DNA of 64,000 nucleotides from Eledone cirrhosa (taxonomy: Eukaryota): NCBI GenBank assembly GCA_964016885.1, contig OZ024742.1, positions 273,668,001-273,732,000 of the forward strand, written 5' to 3'. Numbering within the stretch: the stretch's first letter is position 1; each line of letters opens with the position of its first letter. The notes under the pieces are model-generated. The model was not told the origin of the DNA and searched no databases. It saw only the letters and a program-made list of their open reading frames with translations. Shown in pieces: positions 51,719 to 64,000 of this stretch. Position numbers and translations under genes: made by a program.

Positions 51719-52719
51719 GTGTGTGTGAATGTGCGTATAATTATCAAAAATACCTGTGACATAACTTTCTTGAAGGGTTTTCCAAGCATCCTTTTAAAGA
51801 CGTTCTTTTTATACGGTTTTCTTTTTGAAATGTGGGTTTTTTAGGGATTTTTTAAAGGTATTCTGAGGGTGTGTTTTTATGAAACGCCTTTTTAATTGTT
51901 TTTTCAATGATTTTTTTAAATGTTTTATTAAATGCTTTTTTTCTAAGTTATCGATACACATTTAATATTTAATATTTACTGTGATTGTCACATATGAGAC
52001 AGTTGCGGGTGTGTATCTGATTGGGATGGGTGTATGAGTGCCCATACCTAACACGCCTGCGCGATACATGGGCATGGGTGTGGGAGCCTACTGACCGGCA
52101 GGGCTACGACATGACGTGACCGGTTCAATCATACAAACTTTACCCACTACAGTAGTAATCCCGATATAAGAAACAACTTTGATTGACAGGTGGCAATTGA
52201 AAGGAATCAGATATACGACGGCCCTCAGTGGCCAAAAATACGTGTACAATTCTTAATCACTCATAGAATGAAAACAACAGGATCTAAGCTGCCGAGTGAA
52301 GGTAGAGGGTGTAACCGGATATTTGGAAACTCTGTTTCGTAGAATCGAGACATATTCGAGGATCTTGCGATTTCAGAGTCAGGTTTGATTATTGCATCGG
52401 TCGTGCCTCGAGCTGGTCACCAGGGAAACGATTGTAATATGTCTATTAAATCTTATTCGTCGCACCACTGATTCTCGTTTTCCTATGTGATATTATACTA
52501 CGCTCTGTAAGAGCATCGAGTGCTCAAACGGCCTACCGCATACGGACGTTTTAAGCATCTCACACCAATTATATATATAAATCTGTTAGACACGCAGTGA
52601 CTAACAACAGAATGTCTTAAGTCTGCGTGTCTGTCATATAGGCGTAGCTTGTAAATAAATAATTCAAGGGGTGTCGCTGGCCGTGGTGATCGCTGCCAAA
52701 CATGTTTTGTAATGTATCG

Positions 52720-52885
52720 TCCTATTGGCTAATTTCGTCGTCTTATTGGCTAATCAACCAGCGAGAGTAATTGTTGCTCAAAAGCATCCGCCATTTTGTT
52801 TGCACGTTTATTTATCGTTTCGCTCCGGATCTTCCTCCTGTATTTCGTCGTTTATCATCAAAATATTTTTCTCGTTTTGGTAAGT
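52720..52885 (+). promoter_or_regulatory. Candidate host promoter and first non-coding exon
   Basis: Two ATTGG boxes (52724, 52745), a YY1-type CCGCCATTTTG (52788-52798), local CpG enrichment and a donor G|GTAAGT at 52880. Confidence 0.5.
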
Positions 52886-53327
52886 TATAGTGTAAATTTA
52901 TATATGATTTTTTAAATTCATATTAACTATTTTTTTCTGTTCGTTATAACATGCTTATAATATATGTTGTATCATATGTACTTGTATATTTGTCCATATG
53001 TTCGTTTTATGTTAGATTATTTTATTATTATTATGTTAGATTATTTTTTTTAATTATTATGTTAAACTATTTGTATGTAATATTTAATTTTTATTAATTC
53101 AACTATAACAACTATTATGTAAAGTATATTTATTTAATATTGATTTTTTTTTGTAGTTGTTTATATTAAAAGTCTGGCAATATTTTTATACATCTTACAA
53201 TAATATTTATAAGATCATTTATGAAATAACAAGTATATAATCTAATTACATTACAACGATAATTTATTATTAATATATAACATGTTTAACTAGAGTTATT
53301 ACAAGCGTTGCCTTAAAAAAATATTAA

Positions 53328-53769
53328 ACTAGACCTGAAAAATGCGCAAGCTCAAAAGAGTCACAGAATGTTATAATAAACCTTCAAAAGTGTGGGACTA
53401 GAGTTGTTGCTCAAAAATATTGTAATCAGTATCTATCGTACACTTTGTGGCATCCTTTTATAAAAAAAAGAGACTCATAATGAACTCAAGACGACACGAT
53501 AATTATTTAAGTGAATATATAATATAGAATTCGGTTTAAGTGCATTTCGTATTAATCATTACTAATCACTTAATATGAGATATTGAACATTAGCTTAAAC
53601 AATTATCGTGTCGTCATGAGTTCGTTATGAGTCTCTTTTTTATAAAAGGATGCCACAGAGTGTACGCTATATAATGATTACAATATTTTTGAACTCTAGT
53701 CCCACACTTTTGAAGGTTTATTATAACATTCTGCGGCTCTTTTGAGCTTGCGCATTTTTCAGGTCTAGT
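53328..53769. mobile_element. MITE / fold-back element with ~180-bp TIRs
   Basis: ACTAGACCTGAAAAATGCGC... / ...GCGCATTTTTCAGGTCTAGT. Arms 53328-53511 and 53594-53769. No ORF and no HHR seen. Confidence 0.85.
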
Positions 53770-53824
53770 ATATATATATATATATATTATATATAGTTAT
53801 GTAAATAACAACATAAGATAATTA

Positions 53825-53911
53825 TTTTATTTACCAAAATTTTCACGAATACAGACGAGCCTGACACATACGTCTGATTTCAGTCGTCTGACGTCCGTCG
53901 TCAGATTGAAA
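53825..53911 (-). ncRNA. Degenerate hammerhead with long stem II; terminus shared with the 15219 element
   Basis: CUGACGA-CGGA CGU CAGACGA..UCGUCUG UA UUCG U-GAAA-AUUUUGG-UA-AAUAAAA. Flank 53791-53830 matches 15219-15258. Confidence 0.6.
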
Positions 53912-54335
53912 ATTTATTTTAAATGGATGTGAGATATGGATTTCAAAAACAAAGTCTAGAACAATTGAAAGCGGGGCTGATATAAAATAACGGACGTAAG
54001 GTAAACGGGAAAATAATAAATGTATATGTATATATAAACACATACATATAAAAGCACATGCCAACGCAAAGTCACACAATAACACTTACACATGATTACA
54101 CATACCAATACATGTACATACACATACCCATAAACATACATATATATATACACACACACACACACATGCATACACGCACCCATACGTATACATGTTCACA
54201 TGCATGCACACATACACACATATATGGATACATATACACACACATATACATATATATATATATACACGCACACACTTACATATACATACATACATGCATA
54301 TATTTACACATACGCACATACACATGTATATGAAT

Positions 54336-54368
<33 letters not shown>

Positions 54369-55060
54369 AATATATATAGAATATACCAAACACACACGGA
54401 CAATTACGTCGACGTAGTTCAGTGGATGATTTAGCAGGCACAAAAATGAAATGAATATAAGAGAGATTTGGATGTGTCTGGGGTGTAGGGTGTGGTGTGA
54501 ATGAGTGTTGATGATGATGAAGATTTGGGGGAATTAAAGCATACATATACACACACAGACGCACACACCCACACCCACATACACACATACATATATATAC
54601 ACTCAGAAAATGTTGAGGTAAGGCTGTTTGAGAAGGTGGTTGTAAACATCCTCTCCTGCTTGTTTTATTTCATTAGCTGACATTTGATGAGTATATAAAG
54701 GCATAGCTGAATCAACTCTCCCAAATACATAAAGAATATCTTCTACAAATGTCTATATCAAAGAAAAATTTAAGTGCTTGTCTGGGTTTTAAAGAGGTGT
54801 AAGATAAATGTCTTTTGATAAGAATGGGATGACAGGAAAATGAGAAAAGAAGGATAGTTTGGGAAGATTTGTCAAAGAGGTGTTGTTGATATTGGTTTGG
54901 AAGAGGAAGTGTGTGGGGCGGGCTCACATATTCACTTCCTTATGTGTAAATATATCTACAGTCCATATATATATTACATACATACACATACACATACAGA
55001 CATACACATATACACATATACACACACACGCACACATACACACACACACACACACACACT

Positions 55061-55176
<116 letters not shown>

Positions 55177-55559
55177 GTTCAAGAGTAACCAATCTTAAAG
55201 AGAGAGATAGAGATAGGAGAGGAGAAGAGAGATTGGTGAATTAGTTAGAAGCCACAAGCGTAAAGGCATGTGCTCAATGTGCAATATGCAGTGGAAGACA
55301 GCTAGGTGGCTTGGTTCATGCAGAGGTTAGGTGCACGGAGCTGAAAATGTTCATTAGTTAAGCAAAATAAGACCACACATTTCACAAGGAAGACATTATT
55401 TAAAGATGGTCAACATAGTGTAGTTTAATGTAAGGAATGTAAAGAATAATAATACTAATACTAATAATGTCCGTTTACAATTGTTTCGCTACTGCATATA
55501 ATGTTTCTGGATCAAATGATTATAGATCATTATTGATCTGGTTCAGATGAAGATAATTA

Positions 55560-56540
55560 ACTTAAGTAAAATCTATACACCATGACTCCTGAAACTTACA
55601 ACTCTTTCCTTCTTAAGGAAATAATAAAAACTATAAAAAATCTATACCCTCCAGTCTAAACTTACTTAACCGAAAAGCCCAGGCTCTGGTCAAGGACTTG
55701 CATCTGGATAGATTTACCCACCATTATTTACCTACAACCTCTAGGTTTTCTCTCAAGGATCACAAGCCAAACTATATTGAGAACTCATCTATTAGACTTA
55801 TAAGCCCAACCACATCTGACTTGGGTCGTATCAGTAAGAACATCCTCGATAGGATCATCCCTGGGCTACGAGATGATATCACCTACAAGCTGTGGTCCAA
55901 CACCGGCCAAGTCATCAGATGCTTCTCCGATCTAAGGTCCAAGGAATCTATGAGATTCCTCCAATTTGACATTGACAGCTACTACGCTTCAATAACCCGA
56001 GCACTGCTTAACAAAGCATTAACCCTAGCCGGCACCAACTCTGACATAATCAATAAGGAGATTGACATCATATTTATGGCTAGGCAAACCATCATCGAAT
56101 TCAAAGGTTCCTTCTGGACTAGAAAGGACAGAACAGACAACTTCGACATCATTATGGGCTCAAGCGACTCTGCGCAAATCACCGGTTTAGTTGGAATCTA
56201 CGTATTACCTAACATCAGAGCTGAAATCCAACCATTGCAAGGCGGAATATATAGGGACGACGCCCTGATTTCAGTCCACAATTGCACTAATCGAGGCATT
56301 GACTTGCTCAAAAAACAATTACATAGATTTTTTTAAAATAAGGGTCTCTCTATCACCATTGAGCCGAACCATAAGGTAGTAAATTTCCTGGACGTTACCC
56401 TAAATCTTAACAATAACTTATATTACCCTTATCATAAACCAGCTGAAATACTTACATATATTAGCCCACACTCTAACCACCCACCGGCAGTCATCAGAGC
56501 AGTCCTCATATCTATCTCGTATAGGATCTCCATGCTACCC
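55560..56540 (+). pseudogene. PLE RT fragment
   Basis: SLKDHK, FLQFDIDSYYASI, MGSSDSAQI, GIYRDD, then a frameshift to VNFLDVTLNL and HSNHP. Confidence 0.9.
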
Positions 56541-56789
56541 TATGTTTATTCATAAATATAGACCAACATTAAATATAGTTTAATGTACATTATGTCAGCA
56601 CTATAAAATGCTATCCATGGAGTAGTATTTCCTTTAATTCTTGAAGTCTTTTATTTCGTGTTTCATAATTGGAGACAATTGTGCTAATTCTTCTTGCTAG
56701 GTTAAAAGAGATCTTCCTCTTCGTGTGCTTTGGATTGTTAGAGGTGAATATTTCAATAGAAAGTCTGAATTCTGACACCATAGCGCACC

Positions 56790-57582
56790 AGCCATATTCA
56801 CTGAACCAGAACAATTCTTCCATCACATTTCTCTTGACCATTATCTTTTGATTGGCATACAATTCTCTAAATGGCTACAAAATAAATTCAAAAATACGAG
56901 CGCGAAATGTAATAAACTTGTTCACGTGACAAGGAAAATTTCATTTATAACCGATCAAATTACATTTCAGCACATCAGTCACACTCAGAACAACTCTCTC
57001 CATCCCTTTTTTCTTTACCATTATCTTTTGTTGAGCACAAAATTCTCTAAATAGCTATAGAAAAATTCCAAAATACGTGCGCGAATTTAACGTACTTGTT
57101 CACGTGACAGTCATAATTTCATGTATAACCAATCAAATTACATTTCTAGAAAAAAGCCTCCGTGAGCCACTTTGTTTTAAGTAAAAAGAAATTCAAACAC
57201 AAACTGGCGCGAAAGCTGATATGCTTATTCACATGACTGCATCAACCAACCAAACGTCACTCATATATGTAAAAACAACCTGAGCCCCACCCTTTGTTTG
57301 AAGAACTTTGTAACGTGAACTGGGGCGAAATTTATTATACTTATTCACCAACCAATCAAACTACTTCTCTAAAAACCAGGCATTTCGAGCCACTTTTTTC
57401 CATATAAAACAAGTAACATTCAAAGACCAACCAAATGTGAGAAAAACCACGGACCCTCCATCTCAACTCTAATTTTGAAAAGCAGAAGAACTGCGACAGC
57501 GGTAAAGGAACTAAATAAATATATATGATTTTTTTTTTAAAAGACTCCAGTTGCATTTTCGATTTCATATTTTTTCCTTATA
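56790..57582 (+). repeat. Upstream pseudo-LTR of a Neptune-like PLE (internal ~181-bp duplication, promoter-like motifs, HHR relic at 57472-57507)
   Basis: Direct repeat of 60380-60950. HHR relic UUGAAAA-GCAG AAGAA CUGC-GACA-GCGG-UA. Confidence 0.8.
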
Positions 57583-59135
57583 CTTCCACTCGTGTAGGAC
57601 ACCTCGGTTATTTTTCATTTTGTAAAAAAAAACTCACTTTCTAATACATACCCACCAGACAAAGACCGAAAATTCCAGTAAAGTCTCAACAAAACCACAA
57701 CTCACTGAACCAGGTCATCTTAAATGAACTCAAAGAGATTTCCTCTAAACTTTCAATTTTGACCAATTGCATATCTATGAAAAAGGACCACGCGAAGAAG
57801 CAGGAAATACCCAGGAGACAAATATTACTCCAGCATTAACTAAACTAATCGAAACCATTGAAACAGCAAAGCTTCAAATTCGGGAACAACCATTAGATCC
57901 CAAGCTACGAGAGGTCCACTCAGTGAAAAACACCCTAATTAATATATGGATTCAAAAGCCCACAACCCGCAAATTCGCCTTTTGGAATGTGCTAAAAAAT
58001 AATGGCAAGGCAGACATATATAAAAAGCAGCTAAACTCTACCCCAATCATCCTCCCAAAAAAGACTCCATATAAAACACATCCCGAATGAACCAGAAAAC
58101 CAACAAAAACTTAGGGAACAGATGGCGTTAGAAAAGTTTAAAATAGAAATAGAACTGTTGCGGTTAAGAGCCAACTCCAACGAAAAATTCAAGTCACTCG
58201 ACAAAAGATGCAAACAGAAATCTCAAGGCACTATGAAGGCCTACTCTATGAAAAAACCTTAAAACTTTGGAAAGAAAATTGTGAGGATGAAGAACTAACA
58301 TCCCTCCAGCGATGGGAAAAAAACGCCACCTGGTTAAACAACTACGAAATAGATTTCAAAAATGAACAACATACAGGTAACCCATTTTTTTTTAAAATAA
58401 AACTCACACACCACATACACACAACAAATAACAAAAAAAGTAACAAAAGGTCCAACATACCCCCAGCAAAACAATGACGATAATCCCAGAACCCATTGGC
58501 AAAACTTTAACCCTATTAACAAAAACCGAAAATCCCCCAACACAAGGCAGGTACCGATCTGCAGACCACAACCCTCACAAAACCTATTCCAAAACTGTAG
58601 ACCCCAACCCACACAGAACATGTTCCAACATCGTAGATCCCAACCCACACAGAGGAACAAAATCTACAACACGGACTATCAATAAACGGAACCTCAATAC
58701 GTCCGAAACTTCTATACAAGACCACACAACAACAGGGGAAATGCTATTAGATATATTAATACCCATGAAAAAACAATTCAGAAAAATCATTTTTTAGACC
58801 AACGCTACAAGACCCACGACACCCGGTGGCACAAACCGATTTAAAAAAAAAACGAAAATAATGAACCTTTCAAATACAGACTTCTCAGCCCAACAGATTA
58901 AAATTCTCTCCAAAGGACTGAAATTCACACCAACACCACAATACGCTAACTTCAATGAGATAAATGACGATATCTCACACTTCTGTAGAAAATTACGTCT
59001 CACGGAGAAATTCTTTGACAAGGACAATAATGACCAATAAATTTTACGGAATAAAAGCAGCTACAACCCAACATAAGGTAGAAACAGAGTTCTGCACAGA
59101 TTGTGTAACCACATAGCAACTTCCCCATACCATGA
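57583..59135 (+). pseudogene. Decayed ORF1 and start of ORF2 of the Neptune-like PLE
   Basis: EKFKIEIELLRLRA, EELTSLQRWEKNATWL, NHFLD, then MNLS..ILSKGLKFTPTP..FCRKLRLTE. Homologous to 46140-47360. Confidence 0.85.
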
Positions 59136-59136
59136 A

Positions 59137-60379
59137 CTACCACAATCTAAACCCGTTTTTCATTCTTGTGTCTTGTTTCAATAGTGTGATGTTCTCGTGA
59201 ATAGTGTCGTAAACTTTCGCATTTCTTGGACTGTGTGTTGAGATATATGATAGAATATTGGACGTACCTTGAATTTGTTTCTGTTTTTGTAATTCATCAA
59301 TGCCTATTGCTTTAACCCTTTCTATTCCATTATTTATTAGTAATGGTGGGTACTGTCTTTCGAGTAGAATTTCGTTTAATTCTTGAAGTCTTTTACTTCG
59401 CGTTTCATAATTGGAGACAATTGTGCAAATTATTCTTGCTAGGTTAAAAGGGATTTTCGTCTTTGTGTGATTTGGATGGTTGGAGGTGTATAGCAGGTAT
59501 TGTTTGGAATCAGTTGGTTTGTAGTGTATGTCTGTTTCAATATTTGTGTCTTCTTTTAAGATTAAGATGTCCAGAAATGGGAGATGATCTTGGTTGTATT
59601 GCATTGTGAATTGGATGTGGTTATTCATACCGTTAATTACATTTTTGAAATCATTTAGTTGGTCGAGTGTGTGAGGCCATTATCCAAGTAGCGTTTCAAA
59701 TTGTATGATAAATATTTGTGGAAGTTCAATCCCTATTTTGATTGAGACTGTTCATATATCTGGACTTCCAAGTATGCCATGACTAAGTTGGCATAAGTTG
59801 GAGCGGCTTTTGTACCCATCACAGTCCCTGATATTTGCTTGTACGTACTGCACTCGAAATAAAAAAAAGTTGTTCTGTAAAATAAATTGTAATCCCTCGG
59901 AGATGAAGCTTTTTTTTATTCTGTCAGGTATCTCATTGGGATATTTGTTTAGCCAGAATCATATTGCTTCTAGTCGGTATTGGTGTGGGATCGTTGTGCA
60001 GAGATTTACTACATAGAAAGACACAATAATAGTGTGGTTGTTGACATGTTTGGGTAGCTGGTTTAAGGGGTCCAGATCGTCTCTTACACGGCTTGGTATG
60101 TGTTTGAGAATTGGTTTTTATAGTATGTCTATAAAGTTGCTTAGTCTGTGTGTTTCACATTGTGGGCCCGCTACAATTGGTCTTAATTTAAGGTCTGTGG
60201 GATATTGTGTTCACGAAGGTTGGGGTGGAATGTATACAGGCATCGTTAATTATTTTACACTTGTGGATCTTTGGAAGTCCGTAAATTCTGCTGGTTTTGT
60301 ATTCAAAATGTGTTAAATAATCGGCATCCTTTTTAGTTAAGTGTTCCTGGTATCGACAAATGAATATGTTTAATCTGGT
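59137..60379 (-). pseudogene. Inverted RT segment of the same PLE family
   Basis: IYGLPKIHK, GTVMGTKAAPTYANLVM, LPFLDILI, KPTDSKQYL, IPFNLAR. Confidence 0.88.
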
Positions 60380-60950
60380 CATCCCTTTTTTCTTGATCAT
60401 TATCTTTTGTTTGGCACACAATTCCCTAAATGGCTATGACAAAATTCCAAAATACGAGCGCGAATTTAATGTACTTGTTCACGTGACAGTCATAATTTCA
60501 TTTATAACCAACAAATTACATTTCTAAAAAAAAAACATTGTGAGCCACTTTTTTTTAAGTAAAAAGAAATTCAAACACAAACTGGCGCGAAAGCTGATAT
60601 GCTTATTTACATGACTGCATCAACCAAACAAACTTCACTCATATATGAAAAAACAACCTGAGTACACCCTTTGTTTGAAGAACTTTGTAACGCGAACTGG
60701 CGCGAAATTTATTATACTTATTCACCAACCTATCAAACTACTACTCTAAAAACCTGGCATTTCGAGTCACTTTTTTCCATATAAAACAAGTAACATTCAA
60801 AGACCAACCAGATGTGAGAAAATCCACAGACCCTCAATTCTACTTTTAAAAAAGCAGAAGAACTGCGAAACCGGTAAAGGGACAAATTAAATATATATAT
60901 TTTTAAAAAAAGACCCCAATTGCATTTTCAATTTCATCTCTTTTCCTTAT
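60380..60950 (+). repeat. Downstream pseudo-LTR ending in (TA)n; HHR relic at 60843-60879
   Basis: Direct repeat of 57001-57582. HHR relic CUUU-UAAAAAA-GCAG AAGAA CUGC-GAAA-CCGG-UA-AAG. Confidence 0.8.
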
Positions 60951-60978
60951 ATATATATATATACATATATACATATAC

Positions 60979-61073
<95 letters not shown>

Positions 61074-61632
61074 ATACACATATATTCATATGATACAAAC
61101 AAACGTAAATATATTTTATATATATATACACACATATATATATATATATATCACATACACACATACAAATACACACTATACATACATATACATATATTTC
61201 ATACACATAATACACATACATATATATATACACCACATACAGACACATATATATTTTCTACTTATATATATATATATCCTATAGACACTCCATATATATG
61301 TTTTACACATATACCATACATACATTTTATATACACACTATATATATCCTATACATATACCACATATATCCCAGACATATATCATATACATCCTATATAT
61401 ACACTATACATATCCTATTAACATTTATATCTCCCATACACAAGCATATAGATTTTTATACATACATACACACATATATATACATATATACACATATATT
61501 CCATATATAGACATTTTATATATCCTTTAAATATATATATTTTTTTAATATATACATATATATATATACTACATGTATACATACATATGAATATATTATA
61601 TATATATATATCCACACCTACATATACATATA

Positions 61633-61708
<76 letters not shown>

Positions 61709-61756
61709 TAAATGAAAAGTATAGACATTTTTGTAGCAAGAAGCCAACAGTATTCC

Positions 61757-61844
<88 letters not shown>

Positions 61845-61919
61845 GAATTCACAAGAATCAAAGCTATGTTAAAACCATTTATTCACTTACAATTGTTTCA
61901 TCCAAACCTAGGCTTGGAG

Positions 61920-62900
61920 TCTTCGGAGCATGTTTCAATGTTTGTACATATAATTGACTTCCTATCCAACGCAGGGTAGCAACAAACGTAACTCACACCA
62001 GAGAAGACACCAAAATACCATAAACGGAGACACCTCAACAGATATAAAAAACAAAAATAGAAGAAGAACTAATACATTCTTCAACCCCCTTTTCAATCTA
62101 AACGTCTCTACCAACCTACCTAAGGCTTTCTTCTCACTCCTCGATAAAAACTTCCCATCTGGCCACAAGTACCATAGTCTTATAAATAAAAACACCATTA
62201 AAATCTCCTACTCTACGACGCCTAGCATAGCATACCCCATAGCTAGTAGCAATAAAAGAAAGATTAATACTTACTTTCAACAAACTAAAACACAGAAGGG
62301 GGTAAACTTTCAAAACAACGTATTATATGCAAACCCTGATATCAATAGTAATGATAGTAATAACACTAATGAAATCAATAACATTGGGAGCGACAACCCC
62401 CATAGCCATAATGCAATACCTAGCAACCAGACTTCTACACAACATAATAACCGACAGGTTAACATACAAAATAATTGTAACTGTAGATCTAATAGAACGT
62501 GCCCTTTAGGAAAAAACTGCTTAATCAAGGACATCATCTACTCATGCACGGTCAGAACTAGCAACTCTTCTGAAACCTACATAGGCTCTACTTCGAACTG
62601 CTTCAAAACCAGATACAATTCACATCTCCATTCTTTCAAAAAACACAGTCTAGCCAACTCCACTTCACTATCTAGCTACATACACTATCTGAAAACTAGA
62701 AATAAATCATATACACTTCAATGGGAAGTTATAGGTAACGCGGCATCGTAAAGACCACCTAATAAATTCTGCAACCTCTGTCTACTAGAGACCCATACTA
62801 TAATCTTCTCGATCCTTAACCTCTTAATAAAAAATCGGAAGTGTTTGCGTCGTGCCAGCACCGCTTCCGGCACTCCTTCCAAAACTTTAAACCTAATATA
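61920..62900 (+). pseudogene. 5'-truncated PLE: thumb, Cys linker and GIY-YIG endonuclease
   Basis: FFNPLFNLNV, KISYST, CNCR..CPLGKNCL, IIYSC..YIGSTSNCFKTRYNSH, then after a stop CNLCLLE..LNKKSE..CQHR. Confidence 0.9.
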
Positions 62901-64000
62901 TAACAATGTCAGACATGTACCCATCACCGCTTATAACACCACACCGCACTCTCCGATCCACCCCTCCCACGACACAAATCATTCTATCTATAACTTTATA
63001 CCCTAGAAATATCTCCATAAACACCAACTTTTAATATAATTACTTCCAATTACTTATAATTATATAGGGATAGAAATATAATACAGTCTATATAAACTTT
63101 AAATACTAGATACGGCAGTGAATTATATATGCAATTGTAATTAAATGAGTGGAGTAATAACATCAGATATATATAGGATTAATTTATTAACATAAGGGAT
63201 CTGTCTAACTTATATGTAGGGTGGTGCAATGAATTATATATGAATTATATATGCATGTATAACTTGATGGATAGATTAATGACATTGTAAATGAGGCATG
63301 TATTTGTCTACCCAAGAGATGTATTTGAACAGCCATACGCTGCTCCATAACTTACCAGGAGTTATGTAGACACAATTCAAATAGGTCCTCTGATATGTTT
63401 TGAGAGTAGACTGTATTTACAGTGAATTTTGACATAAAGATATGGCACGTTGTATGGAAAATTCAATTATAGCGCTATATAATAAAGAGTAATAAACTTC
63501 CTATAGATACCTTTAATATATTATGATAGAGTAGACTGTATTTAAAATTGAAAATTAGATATAAATATATAACCTTTTATATAAGGGACTCAATTGAGGC
63601 ACCATATAATGTATGTTAGAACAATGAATTTAGTTATGAGAATCAGGTAGTTACCTCCCCTTAATTACACACCTACTTCCGGGTAATAGACCACTGTAAA
63701 TTCTCGCAGCAGAAAGAAACTATTCTATAAATATGAATTAAATAACAATGAGCCTCAATACGCTACAATAATCTAATGCATCAAACATTCAATATGGAAT
63801 CATTGTAACTTATGAGATGGATATAAAAAGTATACTTCCTTTTTCTGAATATGAAAATGGTGGTGGATGCGAAAACTATAACTTTCTTTTTCTTTTTCTT
63901 TTTCTTTTTCTTTTTCTGCACACATACTTTTTTGATCTATACAAAAATTACACTACCACTACAACTACCATAATACTCTTGCTTACCCGCTTAAAGTGCT

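Overview
AT-rich, microsatellite-laden animal genomic DNA. It is probably an octopod cephalopod, inferred from tRNA-derived SINEs that resemble Octopus SINEs as I remember them. No host protein-coding exon can be supported. The window is dominated by several families of Penelope-like retroelements (PLEs: reverse transcriptase plus C-terminal GIY-YIG endonuclease), nearly all abutting (TA)n tracts and usually built as inverted, tail-outward pairs. It also holds decayed R4/Dong-like, HERO-like and CR1-like LINEs, a DNA transposon, a MITE and SINEs. Reading both strands by eye gives about 24 type I hammerhead ribozyme (HHR) motifs, complete or partial, including recurrent core variants (U3-A8, U4C). 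Main leads: (1) a Neptune-like PLE family with a separate coiled-coil ORF1 apparently joined to RT-EN by a -1 frameshift at a T TTT TTA heptamer, seen in two diverged copies; (2) a non-coding 488-nt tandem HHR element that looks like a retrozyme; (3) a PLE terminal repeat built from E2F/E-box/CCAAT-like modules; (4) systematic fold-back insertion into self-complementary (TA)n. All folds and family assignments are by eye and need computational confirmation.
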